From contig JBDTVC010000002.1 in NCBI GenBank assembly GCA_040007475.1, forward strand, positions 4,921-68,920: a stretch of 64,000 nt of DNA, in the 5' to 3' direction. This document shows positions 20,157 through 29,282 of this stretch, in pieces. The position numbers and the translations under genes are program-made. The DNA is from Burkholderiales bacterium (GTDB taxonomy: Bacteria > Pseudomonadota > Gammaproteobacteria > Burkholderiales > Burkholderiaceae_C). The notes under the pieces are model-generated. The model worked only from the letters and a program-made list of their open reading frames with translations, was not told where the DNA came from and ran no database searches. The first letter of the stretch is position 1, and every line of letters starts with the position of its first letter.

Positions 20157-20169
20157 CTGGTCAGACCAG
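20157..20169. promoter_or_regulatory. FadR/GntR-type operator palindrome 2 (CTGGTCAGACCAG)
   Basis: Identical 13-nt palindrome starting 4 nt after the -10 hexamer, covering the expected transcription start. Confidence 0.65.
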
Positions 20170-20229
20170 ATCAAGGGATGACCCAACCACGTGCGGCCTG
20201 GCCGCGAAGATGGACAAAGGAGACAGCGC

Positions 20230-21537
20230 ATGGCCATTAGACTTTCCAAGCTCGTCGCAGCCGCAGCGCTGTTGGCGTTTGCTCAGCTGGGGCACGCCCA
20301 GCAGAAGTTGACGATCCTCTGGGCTCAGTGGGATCCCGCAAACTATCTGCAGGAGTTGGTCAAGGACTACGAGAAGCAGACCGGCACCAAGGTGGTGGTC
20401 GAGACCACGCCTTGGCCGGACTTTCAAAGCAAGGCGTTCAAGGAGTTCACGGCCAAGGGCTCGGCCTACGACATGGTGGTGGGTGACTCGCAGTGGCTCG
20501 GTGCCGGGTCGACCGGCGGCCACTACGTCGACCTGTCGGACTTCTTCAAGAAGCACAAGGTCGCCGAGACCATGGCGCCGGCCACCGTGAAGGGCTATGC
20601 CGAGTACCCCGGCAACAGCGGCAAGTACTGGGCGATCCCGCTGGAGGGCGACGCCACCGGCATGGCGTACAGGAAAGACTGGTTCGAGGACCCGAAGGAG
20701 ATGGCCGCCTTCAAGGCCAAGTACGGCTATGAACTCGGCGTGCCCAAGACCTGGAAGGAGCTTGGCGATATCGCGGAGTTCTTCCACCGGCCGACCGAAA
20801 AGCGCTATGGCCTGACGATCTACACCGACAACAGCTATGACGCGCTTGTCATGGGCGTGGAGAACGTGATCTTCAGCTTCGGCGGTGAGCTGGGCGACTA
20901 CGCCACCAACAAGGCAAGCGGCATCATCAACACGAAAGAGAACATCGAGGCGCTGAAGTTCTACAAGAGGCTCTACGGCTACACGCCGCCCGACTGGGGC
21001 AAGACCTTCTTCCAGGAAGCAAACCAGGCCATGACCGAAGGACTGGCGGCGATGAGCATGAACTTCTTTGCCTTCTTCCCGGCGCTGGCCAACGAGAAGA
21101 CCAACAAGTACGCCAAGGTCACCGGCTATTTTGCGATGCCCAAAGGGCCGACCGGCAAACAGTTTGCAGCGCTCGGCGGGCAGGGCATCTCGGTGGTGTC
21201 GTACTCGAAGAACAAGGACGCCTCGATGAAGTTTCTCGAGTGGTTCGTGCGCGAAGACGTGCAGAAGAAGTGGGGCGAATTGGGGGGCTACACCTGCAAT
21301 GCAGCGATTCTGAAGTCTGACGCATTCCGCAAGGCGACGCCCTACAACGAAGCCTTCTACCAATCGATGTTCATGGTCAAGGACTTCTGGGCCGTGCCTG
21401 AATACGCCGAACTTCTGACCGCTGCCAACAAGCGCTGGCATCCGTTCGTCGTCAGCGGCAAGGGGAGCGCCGAGGAAGCAATGAACGGGCTCGAGAAGGA
21501 CTGGACGGCTACCTTCAAGAAGTACGCCAAGAAATAG
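20230..21537 (+). CDS. ABC transporter substrate-binding protein (family 1, carbohydrate/polyol type)
   Basis: Signal peptide MAIRLSKLVAAAALLAFAQLGHAQQ and about 435 aa. The start is preceded by AAGGAGA. The track ORF starts at an upstream GTG (20191). Confidence 0.85.
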   Translation: MAIRLSKLVAAAALLAFAQLGHAQQKLTILWAQWDPANYLQELVKDYEKQTGTKVVVETTPWPDFQSKAFKEFTAKGSAYDMVVGDSQWLGAGSTGGHYVDLSDFFKKHKVAETMAPATVKGYAEYPGNSGKYWAIPLEGDATGMAYRKDWFEDPKEMAAFKAKYGYELGVPKTWKELGDIAEFFHRPTEKRYGLTIYTDNSYDALVMGVENVIFSFGGELGDYATNKASGIINTKENIEALKFYKRLYGYTPPDWGKTFFQEANQAMTEGLAAMSMNFFAFFPALANEKTNKYAKVTGYFAMPKGPTGKQFAALGGQGISVVSYSKNKDASMKFLEWFVREDVQKKWGELGGYTCNAAILKSDAFRKATPYNEAFYQSMFMVKDFWAVPEYAELLTAANKRWHPFVVSGKGSAEEAMNGLEKDWTATFKKYAKK

Positions 21538-21614
21538 TGGCCCGACAAGACCGGCGACGCGACATGCGCGTCGCTGGCCTTGCGCTCGGCATCCCTCAAC
21601 TTCCCGTCGTATCC

Positions 21615-22514
21615 ATGGAATCAGCTCTGACCACGCTCAGTCGCGCGGCGTCACCGCGCCGCGGCATGAGTGACCTGGCGATCCGCAACTGGTTCATCAT
21701 TCCGACGATCGTCTTTCTGATCGTCTTCAACATCTTCCCGCTGCTGTATTCGCTGGTCTACTCGTTCACCGACTACCGCGCGTCGATGAACGATCCGGTG
21801 CACTTCGTCGGTCTGGACAACTACCGCGAGCTGCTCGCCGACGACAACATCTGGAACAACTTCACGCTCACGGCGAAGTACGTCATCGTGTCGGTGGTCG
21901 GTCAGGTTGTCGTGGGCTTTGGCGCAGCGCTGCTGCTGAATCGAGCCATCCCGGCCAAGGGCCTGCTGACCACGCTGATGATGCTGCCGATGATGATGTG
22001 CATGGCAGTGGTCGGCCTGTTCTGGCAGCTGCTCTACAACCCGTCCTGGGGCATCGTCAACTACCTGTTCTTCACGGATGGCAAGGAGTGGCTGTCCAAC
22101 GCGGACTGGGCTCTATACGCCGTCGCCATCACCGACATCTGGATGTGGTCGCCGTTTGTGATGCTGCTGTCGCTGGCCGGGCTGTCGGCGATACCGCCGT
22201 CGCTCTACGAGGCCGCCGCGATCGATCGTGCCTCGCGCTGGTTCGTGTTCCGCAACATCACGCTGCCGCTGGTGCTGCCGCTGCTGCTGATTGCCGTGAT
22301 CTTCCGCACCATGGAGGCGTTCAAGACCTTCGACATCGCCTACGTCATGACCAGCATGGACGAGACCGAATTGGCGGCGATACGCCTGTACAAGATGGCC
22401 TTTAACGAATGGCAGACCGGCCGTTCGTGTGCCATGGCCTACATCATGCTGTTGGCCGTGCTGGCGATCACCAACGTCTACGTGAAGTATCTGAACAAGA
22501 TCAAGGAGCGTTGA
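21615..22514 (+). CDS. ABC transporter permease 1 (CUT1 type)
   Basis: Multi-TM protein with EAA-loop YEAAAIDRASRWFVFRNITLP. Start uncertain; 21537, 21564 and 21615 are all possible. Confidence 0.85.
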   Translation: MESALTTLSRAASPRRGMSDLAIRNWFIIPTIVFLIVFNIFPLLYSLVYSFTDYRASMNDPVHFVGLDNYRELLADDNIWNNFTLTAKYVIVSVVGQVVVGFGAALLLNRAIPAKGLLTTLMMLPMMMCMAVVGLFWQLLYNPSWGIVNYLFFTDGKEWLSNADWALYAVAITDIWMWSPFVMLLSLAGLSAIPPSLYEAAAIDRASRWFVFRNITLPLVLPLLLIAVIFRTMEAFKTFDIAYVMTSMDETELAAIRLYKMAFNEWQTGRSCAMAYIMLLAVLAITNVYVKYLNKIKER

Positions 22515-22517
22515 GGC

Positions 22518-23477
22518 ATGGCCATCGTTCAGTCCCGTGCCTCACGCTGGTGGAACCGCGCAGCCATCACCGGTGCGCTGTGCATGCTGGTGATCAGCAT
22601 GATCCCGCTCTACTGGATCGGCTCGACTGCGTTCAAGAACCGCAGCGACGCTGCCACGGTGCCGCCGACCGTTTTCTTCAAGCCCGAGATCACGCCGTTC
22701 ATCAAACTGTTCACGACGCGCGTCCAGGAGCGCGGCAAGCGCGACGAAGCGGCGTACGCGAAGGCGCCCTGGTGGGAACGGGCCGTGATGGACGAGGGCG
22801 ACCGCTTCATCAAGGACGATGACGGCCGCATCGAGAGCTCGGGCTACGTCTCGCGCTTCGTCAACAGCATCATCGTCGCCGTCACCAGCACCTTTCTTGC
22901 CGTGGCCATGGGCACGATCACGGCCTATGGCTTCTCGCGCTTCAAGATGCCGGGCGAGAGCGACTGGTTGTTCTTCATACTCTCGACCCGCATGCTCCCT
23001 CCGGTGGTGGTGGCGATCCCGATGTTCCTGATGTATCGCATGGTCGGGCTGGTGGATACGCACGTCGGGTTGATCATCCTGTACACAGCCTTCAATCTGT
23101 CGTTTTCAGTGTGGCTGATGAAGGGTTTCGTCGACGAGATTCCGAAAGAGTACGAAGAGGCCGCGCTGGTCGATGGCTATACCCGCATGGAGGCCTTCTT
23201 CAAGATCGTGCTGCCCCAGGCGACAACCGGCATCGCGGCCACGGCCGTGTTCTGCTTCATCACGGCCTGGAACGAATACGCCTTCGCGCTGATGATGACC
23301 AACAAGACCGCGCAGACCGCGCCGCCCTATATTCCGTCGCAGCTCGGCTCGGGGCTGACCGACTGGACCGTCATCGCCGCGGGCAGCCTGCTGTTCCTGA
23401 TTCCGGTGGCGCTGTTCACCTTCTTCCTGCGCGCCCACCTCCTGCGTGGTGTGACTTTCGGCGCCATCCGTCGATGA
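22518..23477 (+). CDS. ABC transporter permease 2 (CUT1 type)
   Basis: Multi-TM protein with EAA-loop YEEAALVDGYTRMEAFFKIVLP. Starts 3 nt after permease 1. Confidence 0.88.
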   Translation: MAIVQSRASRWWNRAAITGALCMLVISMIPLYWIGSTAFKNRSDAATVPPTVFFKPEITPFIKLFTTRVQERGKRDEAAYAKAPWWERAVMDEGDRFIKDDDGRIESSGYVSRFVNSIIVAVTSTFLAVAMGTITAYGFSRFKMPGESDWLFFILSTRMLPPVVVAIPMFLMYRMVGLVDTHVGLIILYTAFNLSFSVWLMKGFVDEIPKEYEEAALVDGYTRMEAFFKIVLPQATTGIAATAVFCFITAWNEYAFALMMTNKTAQTAPPYIPSQLGSGLTDWTVIAAGSLLFLIPVALFTFFLRAHLLRGVTFGAIRR

Positions 23478-23674
23478 CTTCCATGAAGAACAACGCTCGC
23501 CGATTCGAATTCCTGAGCATGGTCATGATGATGCTGGGCATCGTCGCGCTGTGCCAGCCGTGGAGCTTGATATTGCATCAGTACAGCGTGCTGATGATCA
23601 TCGTCGGCCTGATCGCATTCAACGTCTTCTCGCGCGTCAAATCGCCAGCGGCGCGTCCGACGGAGACCGACTGA
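23474..23674 (+). CDS. 66-aa two-helix membrane micro-protein, translationally coupled on both sides
   Basis: MTSMKNNARRFEFLSMVMMMLGIVALCQPWSLILHQYSVLMIIVGLIAFNVFSRVKSPAARPTETD has two hydrophobic helices. Its ATG overlaps the permease stop (ATGA) and its TGA overlaps the ATPase ATG (TGATG). It is hidden in the tail of track ORF 23111..23674. Confidence 0.65.
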   Translation: MTSMKNNARRFEFLSMVMMMLGIVALCQPWSLILHQYSVLMIIVGLIAFNVFSRVKSPAARPTETD

Positions 23675-24792
23675 TGGCCGACATCGAGATCATCGACGCG
23701 GAGAAGCATTTCGGTGGCAACCACGTCATCCGCAAGCTCAATCTGCACATCCGCCACGGCGAGTTCGTCGTGCTGCTCGGCCCCTCTGGCTGCGGCAAGA
23801 CGACCACGCTGCGTGCGTTGGCCGGGCTCGAGAGCATCGACTCCGGGGAAATCCGCATCGGCGGTAGACGGGTCGACCAGCTGCCGCCGCAGGAGCGCGA
23901 CACCGCCTTCGTCTTTCAGCTCTACTCGCTCTACCCGCACCTGAGCGTCTTCGACAACATCGCGTTCCCCCTGCGTGCGGCCAACGTGCCCGAAGCCAAG
24001 GTGAAGCAGCAGGTCGACGAGGTGGCGCGTGTCCTCAGGATCGAGCATCTGCTGGGGCGGCGCCCCTCGGCGCTGGCCGGCGGCGACATGCAGCGCGTGA
24101 CGATCGGCCGCGCGCTGGTGCGCCGGCCGGAGGCGATGCTGATGGACGAGCCGATCGGCGCGCTCGATGCGAAGTTGCGCGAAGAGATGCGCACCGAGCT
24201 GCGCCGCCTGCACGTCGAGAACGGCTCGACCACGGTGTACGTGACGCACGATCAGGTCGAGGCGATGTCGATGGCCGACAAGATCGGCATCATGAATGAT
24301 GGTGTGCTGCAGCAGTACGGCAGCCCGACCAAGGTCTACGACGAGCCCGAGAACCTCTTCGTCGCGCAATTCGTCGGCAGCCCGATCATGAACGTGGTCG
24401 ACTGCGGCATCGAGACCGGCGCAGGTGGTTCGCGCGCCAAGCTGGCCGGCATGGCCGAGGGCTTCACGCTCGGGGCCTGCGCCATTGCCAAGCTGCGCGG
24501 GTCTGAGGCGCGCAAACTGGCCCTGGGCATCCGCCCGGAGGCACTCGCCGTGTCGCGTGCACCGAGCGCCGGCGCGATGCCCGGGCGTGTGCACCTGATC
24601 GAACCGATGGGCGCCTACGACATCATCGACATCGCGATGGGCACCGATCGCGCAGACGGTGCTGCCGTGCTGCGCGCCCGCACCACCACCCAGTTCGTCC
24701 AGCGCCAGGGCGACGCAGTGTGGGTGGCGCTCGACGATGCGCGAACCCATTTCTTCGACAAGCAGAGCGGCAAGCTGCTGCGCACCGCATGA
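23674..24792 (+). CDS. ABC transporter ATP-binding protein A (MalK/UgpC-like)
   Basis: Begins MADIEIIDAEKHFGG. Walker A GPSGCGKTT, signature LAGGDMQR (a variant of LSGGQ), Walker B LMDEP, and a C-terminal regulatory domain. Trimmed from track ORF 23551. Confidence 0.9.
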   Translation: MADIEIIDAEKHFGGNHVIRKLNLHIRHGEFVVLLGPSGCGKTTTLRALAGLESIDSGEIRIGGRRVDQLPPQERDTAFVFQLYSLYPHLSVFDNIAFPLRAANVPEAKVKQQVDEVARVLRIEHLLGRRPSALAGGDMQRVTIGRALVRRPEAMLMDEPIGALDAKLREEMRTELRRLHVENGSTTVYVTHDQVEAMSMADKIGIMNDGVLQQYGSPTKVYDEPENLFVAQFVGSPIMNVVDCGIETGAGGSRAKLAGMAEGFTLGACAIAKLRGSEARKLALGIRPEALAVSRAPSAGAMPGRVHLIEPMGAYDIIDIAMGTDRADGAAVLRARTTTQFVQRQGDAVWVALDDARTHFFDKQSGKLLRTA

Positions 24793-25886
24793 CGATGGCC
24801 CAGGTCTCACTCAATCGCATTCAAAAGAGTTTCGGCCCGGTGCAGGCTATCGGTGAGCTGACGCTCGACATTCGCGACCGCGAATTCTTCGTGCTGCTCG
24901 GACCCACTGGCGCCGGCAAGAGCACGGCGCTGCGCTGCATCGCGGGCTTGGAGCAACCCGAATCTGGCGACATCCACATCGCCGGCGAGCGTGTCAACCA
25001 ATGGAGCGCGGCACAACGAGACGTGGCGCTCGTGTTCCAGCAATATTCGCTGTACCCGAACTACACCGTGCGTGAGAACCTCGCCTTTCCGCTCAAGTCG
25101 AAGCTGCGAAGTTTTACGCCGGCCGAAATTGCCGAGCGGGTTGCCAAGGCGGCGAGCACCGTGCGCATCACCCATCTGCTGGACCGCCGCACCGATCGGC
25201 TGTCGGGTGGCGAGATGCAGCGCGTCTCGATCGGCCGTGCCATCGTGCGCGAGCCACGCGTCTTCCTGATGGACGAGCCCCTGTCCAATCTCGACGCAAA
25301 GTTGCGCGAGTTGCTGCGCGCCGAACTCAAGGGCCTGCAGCAGCGTCTGGGCACCACGCTCGTGTTCGTGACGCACGATCAGGTCGAGGCGATGACGATG
25401 GGCGACCGTATCGGCATCCTCAACAAGGGCCGGCTGGTGCAGGTGGGAACGCCTTACGAGATCTACAACTCCCCGAAGAACGCTTTCGTCGCGTCATTTG
25501 TCGGCACGCCTGCGATCAACCTGCTCGATGTGCACCTTGACGCTGGCGGCACCGCTTCTGCCGAGGGCTTGTCGTTCGTGCTCGATGCCGCCACCCGGGC
25601 GACGTTCGCCTCGTTGACGGCGACAAGCGATGGCCGCGTGCGCATCGGCGTGCGGCCCGAAGACGTCCGGCTCGTCGACTCGGGCGGGATGGCCGGCACG
25701 ATCTACGGCGCTGAGCATCATGGCGTGGAGATCATCGCCGTCATCCAGGCTGGCGAGCAGATCCTGCGGGCCACTATCGCGGCCGATTCGCGGATCGTCC
25801 TCAACCAGCCCGTGCAGTTTTCTTTCGTTCAGGACAAGCTTCACTTCTTCGACCCGCTGACAGGCGAGAGCCTGCGTCAGCATTGA
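24789..25886 (+). CDS. ABC transporter ATP-binding protein B (MalK/UgpC-like)
   Basis: Begins MTMAQVSLNRIQKSFG. Walker A GPTGAGKST, signature LSGGEMQR, Walker B LMDEP. ATGA overlap with ATPase A. Confidence 0.9.
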   Translation: MTMAQVSLNRIQKSFGPVQAIGELTLDIRDREFFVLLGPTGAGKSTALRCIAGLEQPESGDIHIAGERVNQWSAAQRDVALVFQQYSLYPNYTVRENLAFPLKSKLRSFTPAEIAERVAKAASTVRITHLLDRRTDRLSGGEMQRVSIGRAIVREPRVFLMDEPLSNLDAKLRELLRAELKGLQQRLGTTLVFVTHDQVEAMTMGDRIGILNKGRLVQVGTPYEIYNSPKNAFVASFVGTPAINLLDVHLDAGGTASAEGLSFVLDAATRATFASLTATSDGRVRIGVRPEDVRLVDSGGMAGTIYGAEHHGVEIIAVIQAGEQILRATIAADSRIVLNQPVQFSFVQDKLHFFDPLTGESLRQH

Positions 25887-25902
25887 CCGCCAGGAGACAC
25901 AG

Positions 25903-26793
25903 ATGCCACACATCATCGCCACCCACAACTGGATGCGGCCCGAATCGATCAAGCGCACGATCGAACGGATGAAGCAGACCGGTGTCGACGCGCTCGAGAT
26001 CTCGGGCGAGCCGGACCAATTCAATACGAAAGAGGTTCGTGCGCTGCTCAAGGAGAACGGACGCACCTGTTGGGGCTCCGTGACGCTGACGCTGGGCGAG
26101 CGCAATCTCGCCGCCAAGGACGTGACGCAGCGCGAGAAGACCGTCGACTACATGAAGCGCGTCGTCACTTTTGCGAAGGAGCTCGATGGTCAGATCGTCA
26201 CGCTGGTGCCGGCCACAGTCGGCAAGGTGGTGGCCGATGGCACGCCGGAGGAAGAATGGAAGTGGCTGGTAGATGGCGTGAAGGAGGTGTATGCACACGC
26301 CGAGAAGGCCGGTATCCGCATCGCGATTGAACCGCTGAACCGCTTCGAAACCTACCTGATCAATCGGGGCGATCAGGCGCTTGCGCTGGCCGATGCGGTG
26401 GGGCCGAACTGCGGTGTGTGCCTGGACCTGTTCCACATGAACATCGAAGAGAGCGATATCCACGAAGCCTTCCGCAAGGCGCGCGGTCGCATCTACGACA
26501 TCCACATCGCCGACAACAACCGCTTCGCGCCCGGCATGGGCACGCTCGACTTCCCGGCGATCGTGAAGACGATCAAAGAGACCGGCTACACCGGCGCGCT
26601 CACGCTCGAATTCGTTGCGACGGTCGACCGCACGCCGGCCAACCCCTACGGGGACCAAGTTGAAAAGAACCCGGTCGACGTGTCGCCGGAGCAGATGAAG
26701 TTCATCATCGACCACGGCTCGAACCTGCTCGCCGACACGTTCTATACCGGGCTTTTCGAGCAGTCGGTGCGCGTGCTGCGCCCGCTGGTGTGA
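25903..26793 (+). CDS. Sugar phosphate isomerase/epimerase (xylose-isomerase-like TIM barrel, ketose 3-epimerase-like)
   Basis: 296 aa with IAIEPLNRFETYLIN and LDLFHMNIEE metal-site-like motifs typical of this fold. Confidence 0.75.
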   Translation: MPHIIATHNWMRPESIKRTIERMKQTGVDALEISGEPDQFNTKEVRALLKENGRTCWGSVTLTLGERNLAAKDVTQREKTVDYMKRVVTFAKELDGQIVTLVPATVGKVVADGTPEEEWKWLVDGVKEVYAHAEKAGIRIAIEPLNRFETYLINRGDQALALADAVGPNCGVCLDLFHMNIEESDIHEAFRKARGRIYDIHIADNNRFAPGMGTLDFPAIVKTIKETGYTGALTLEFVATVDRTPANPYGDQVEKNPVDVSPEQMKFIIDHGSNLLADTFYTGLFEQSVRVLRPLV

Positions 26794-26796
26794 GCC

Positions 26797-27291
26797 ATGC
26801 TGTTCGGCCAGCTCTTTCACTTGGCGATCAAGACCGCCGACCTCGATGCCACCGTGCGCTTTTACACCGAGGTCCTGGGTCTGCAGGTGGCCGATCGGCC
26901 GCCGATCGGCTTTCCCGGCGCGTGGCTCAAGCCGGCGCAGGCCGGCGCCGACGCGATCATCCACATCTACGCGGGCGACGCCGCGAAGGAGTCCGACGGC
27001 ACGGTGCAAGCCGGGTCGGGCGCGATCGATCATGTGTCGATGGTGTGCAACGGCTACGGCGATTTCAAGGCGCGGTTCGAGAAGTTCGATCTGCCTTATC
27101 GAGAAAATCTGGTGCCCGGCACGCCGCTGTGGCAACTGTTCGTGCACGACCCCAACGGCATCCAGCTCGAACTCACCTTCCACTCGGCGGGTGAGTCAGA
27201 GGCGGTGCCGGTGATTCCGCGCGAGCGTCTGTATTCGGCGCGCGAGCGCTGGTTTCGGCCGCAGGCGTACCGACAGTTCGCGTCCGGCTGA
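26797..27291 (+). CDS. VOC/glyoxalase-family protein
   Basis: 164 aa. HLAIKTADLDATVRFYTEVLGL is the classic VOC beta-alpha-beta-beta-beta opening. A second module contains IDHVSM. Confidence 0.75.
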   Translation: MLFGQLFHLAIKTADLDATVRFYTEVLGLQVADRPPIGFPGAWLKPAQAGADAIIHIYAGDAAKESDGTVQAGSGAIDHVSMVCNGYGDFKARFEKFDLPYRENLVPGTPLWQLFVHDPNGIQLELTFHSAGESEAVPVIPRERLYSARERWFRPQAYRQFASG

Positions 27292-27335
27292 AGCGGCCTC
27301 CAGGCGCGCCGAACCACCCTGCGGAGCCCACGCCG

Positions 27336-28505
27336 ATGAAGATCACCCGCGTCGATGCCACCTGGCTGAGCGTTCCGATCCCGGAACCCCAGCAGCACGT
27401 CAGCGATTTCGGCACGGCAGCCACGTTCGATACGGCGCTGGTGCGGGTGCACACCGACGCCGGCATTGTCGGCGTCGGTGAAGCGAAGGTGTCGGCCGGG
27501 AGCCCCGGTGACTACCACGGCGTCGTGGCCATCATCAACCGTGAATTTGGCCCGACGCTCGTTGGCCAGGACCCGCGCAACATTTGCCGAATCTGGGAGA
27601 GCCTGTACAGCGGCACGCGCGGCCACTACGCACTGTCGCGAGGTCATGCGTTTCCGGCCCTGGGCCGGCGCGGCGTGTCGATCTCGGCGATCTCGGGAAT
27701 CGACATCGCGCTGTGGGACATCCTCGGCCAATCGCTCGGCGTGCCGGTATGGCAGTTGCTGGGCGGGTGCCAGGCCGAGCGCATGCCGGCCTATGCCTCC
27801 GGCGGCTGGGCCAGCGCCGACAAGATCGGTGAGCAGCTCACGGGCTACGTGGCCAAGGGTGACTTCACGGCGGTCAAGATGCGCATCGGCGTGTTCGACG
27901 GCTCCCCCGGCGCCTCGGCCGAACGCGTGATCGCGGCGCGCGAAGCGCTCGGCCCGAGCATCGATTTGATGGTCGATGCACACGGCAGCTTCACCGTCTC
28001 GGAAGCCAAGCAGTTCAGCCACCTGACGCGCGACTGTGGCCTCGCCTGGTTCGAGGAGCCTGTCAGCGGTGACGACAAGCGCGGCCTGGCCGAGGTGCGT
28101 CGCTTTACCCACACCCCGATCGCGGCCGGCGAAAGCGAATGCACCCGGTTCGACTTCCGCGAACTGATCGAATTGCGCGCGGTCGACGTGTTGCAGCCCG
28201 ACCTCGCGATCTGTGGCGGCATCAGCGAGGCCATGCGCATCTCGGCACTGGTGGGTGCGGCCAACTTGCGGATGGCGCCGCACCTGTGGGCCGGCGCCCC
28301 GGCCTTCGCCGCCGGGCTGCACGTGGCGGCGGCATCGTCGTGCACCCACATCCTCGAATACTCGCTCGGCGCCAACCCGCTGATCCACGAACTGGTAGAA
28401 GAGCGCTTTGCCGTCGTCGGCGGCATGCTCGATATCCCGGACCGTCCGGGTTTGGGCATCACGGTCAAGGAAGATTTCGTCGAGCGGTATCAGAAGGCAA
28501 TTTGA
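27336..28505 (+). CDS. Enolase-superfamily enzyme (mandelate racemase / muconate-lactonising family; likely acid-sugar dehydratase)
   Basis: N-terminal capping domain with barrel metal ligands in MVDAHG, WFEEP and AAGES. It also has DLAICGG and PHLW. Confidence 0.85.
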   Translation: MKITRVDATWLSVPIPEPQQHVSDFGTAATFDTALVRVHTDAGIVGVGEAKVSAGSPGDYHGVVAIINREFGPTLVGQDPRNICRIWESLYSGTRGHYALSRGHAFPALGRRGVSISAISGIDIALWDILGQSLGVPVWQLLGGCQAERMPAYASGGWASADKIGEQLTGYVAKGDFTAVKMRIGVFDGSPGASAERVIAAREALGPSIDLMVDAHGSFTVSEAKQFSHLTRDCGLAWFEEPVSGDDKRGLAEVRRFTHTPIAAGESECTRFDFRELIELRAVDVLQPDLAICGGISEAMRISALVGAANLRMAPHLWAGAPAFAAGLHVAAASSCTHILEYSLGANPLIHELVEERFAVVGGMLDIPDRPGLGITVKEDFVERYQKAI

Positions 28506-28507
28506 AG

Positions 28508-29257
28508 ATGATGGAAGGCCTTGAACAAACCGCACGCTTGCTTGCACTGATTCGGGAGCGTGGCTTCGAGCCGGGCGACAAGCTGCCCTCCGAGCGTGAC
28601 CTCGCGGCGCTGTTCGGCATGAGCCGCAGCGCGGTGCGCGAAGCGCTGATCCGGCTCGATACGCTGCGCATCGTCGAGAGTCGCCCCAAGTCGGGCGTCT
28701 ACCTTCAGCTGTACGGCGCCGAGCGCAGCATCGAGGCGATGGTGCTGTTTGCCGAAACCAACACGCCGCTAAGTGCTGCCGAGGTGGCGCAGTCGGTCGA
28801 GTTGCGCAGCGTGCTCGAGAGCGAGGCGATGAAACTGGCCTGCCTGCGGCGCACCGATGACGACCTCGAGCGGCTGCAAGAGATCCTGCGCGACAGCGAG
28901 GCCGCGATGCAGCGCGGCGAGACGCTGGCCGAGCACGACGCGCTGTTCCACAAGGCCATCGTCGCGGCGACCAAGAACGACGTGCTGCTGCGCTTCATCA
29001 ACGTCTTCTACCTGATGTCGCGTAAGCGCCGCGAAGTCTATTTTCTCGAGCCGCAACAGAGCAAGCGGTCGCACGCCCAGCACCTGCAGCTGTATCGCGC
29101 GATCGAGGCGAAAGACCCTGCGCAGGGGCAGCAAGTGCTGCGGCGCCACCTGAAGGGCGTGGACGCGTACTTCCGCCTGTTCTTTGCCGATGGCGCCGGC
29201 GTCCATGCCACCGCGCCGGTGGCGGCCAAGCGGCAGCGGCGGGTCGTCGGCGCCTGA
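28508..29257 (+). CDS. GntR-family transcriptional regulator, FadR subfamily (FCD domain)
   Basis: Winged HTH PSERDLAALFGMSRSAVREALIRL followed by an all-helical C-terminal domain. Trimmed from track ORF 28139. Confidence 0.88.
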   Translation: MMEGLEQTARLLALIRERGFEPGDKLPSERDLAALFGMSRSAVREALIRLDTLRIVESRPKSGVYLQLYGAERSIEAMVLFAETNTPLSAAEVAQSVELRSVLESEAMKLACLRRTDDDLERLQEILRDSEAAMQRGETLAEHDALFHKAIVAATKNDVLLRFINVFYLMSRKRREVYFLEPQQSKRSHAQHLQLYRAIEAKDPAQGQQVLRRHLKGVDAYFRLFFADGAGVHATAPVAAKRQRRVVGA

Positions 29258-29282
29258 AGGCTTCACGCGCCGAGGAGTGGAC

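Noticed and set aside
23474-23674. Assigning the 66-aa micro-protein to the small-membrane-protein family seen in two-ATPase glycerol-type ABC operons
   Set aside because: Only the architecture is analogous. The sequence does not resemble what I recall of that family, so no family name is given.
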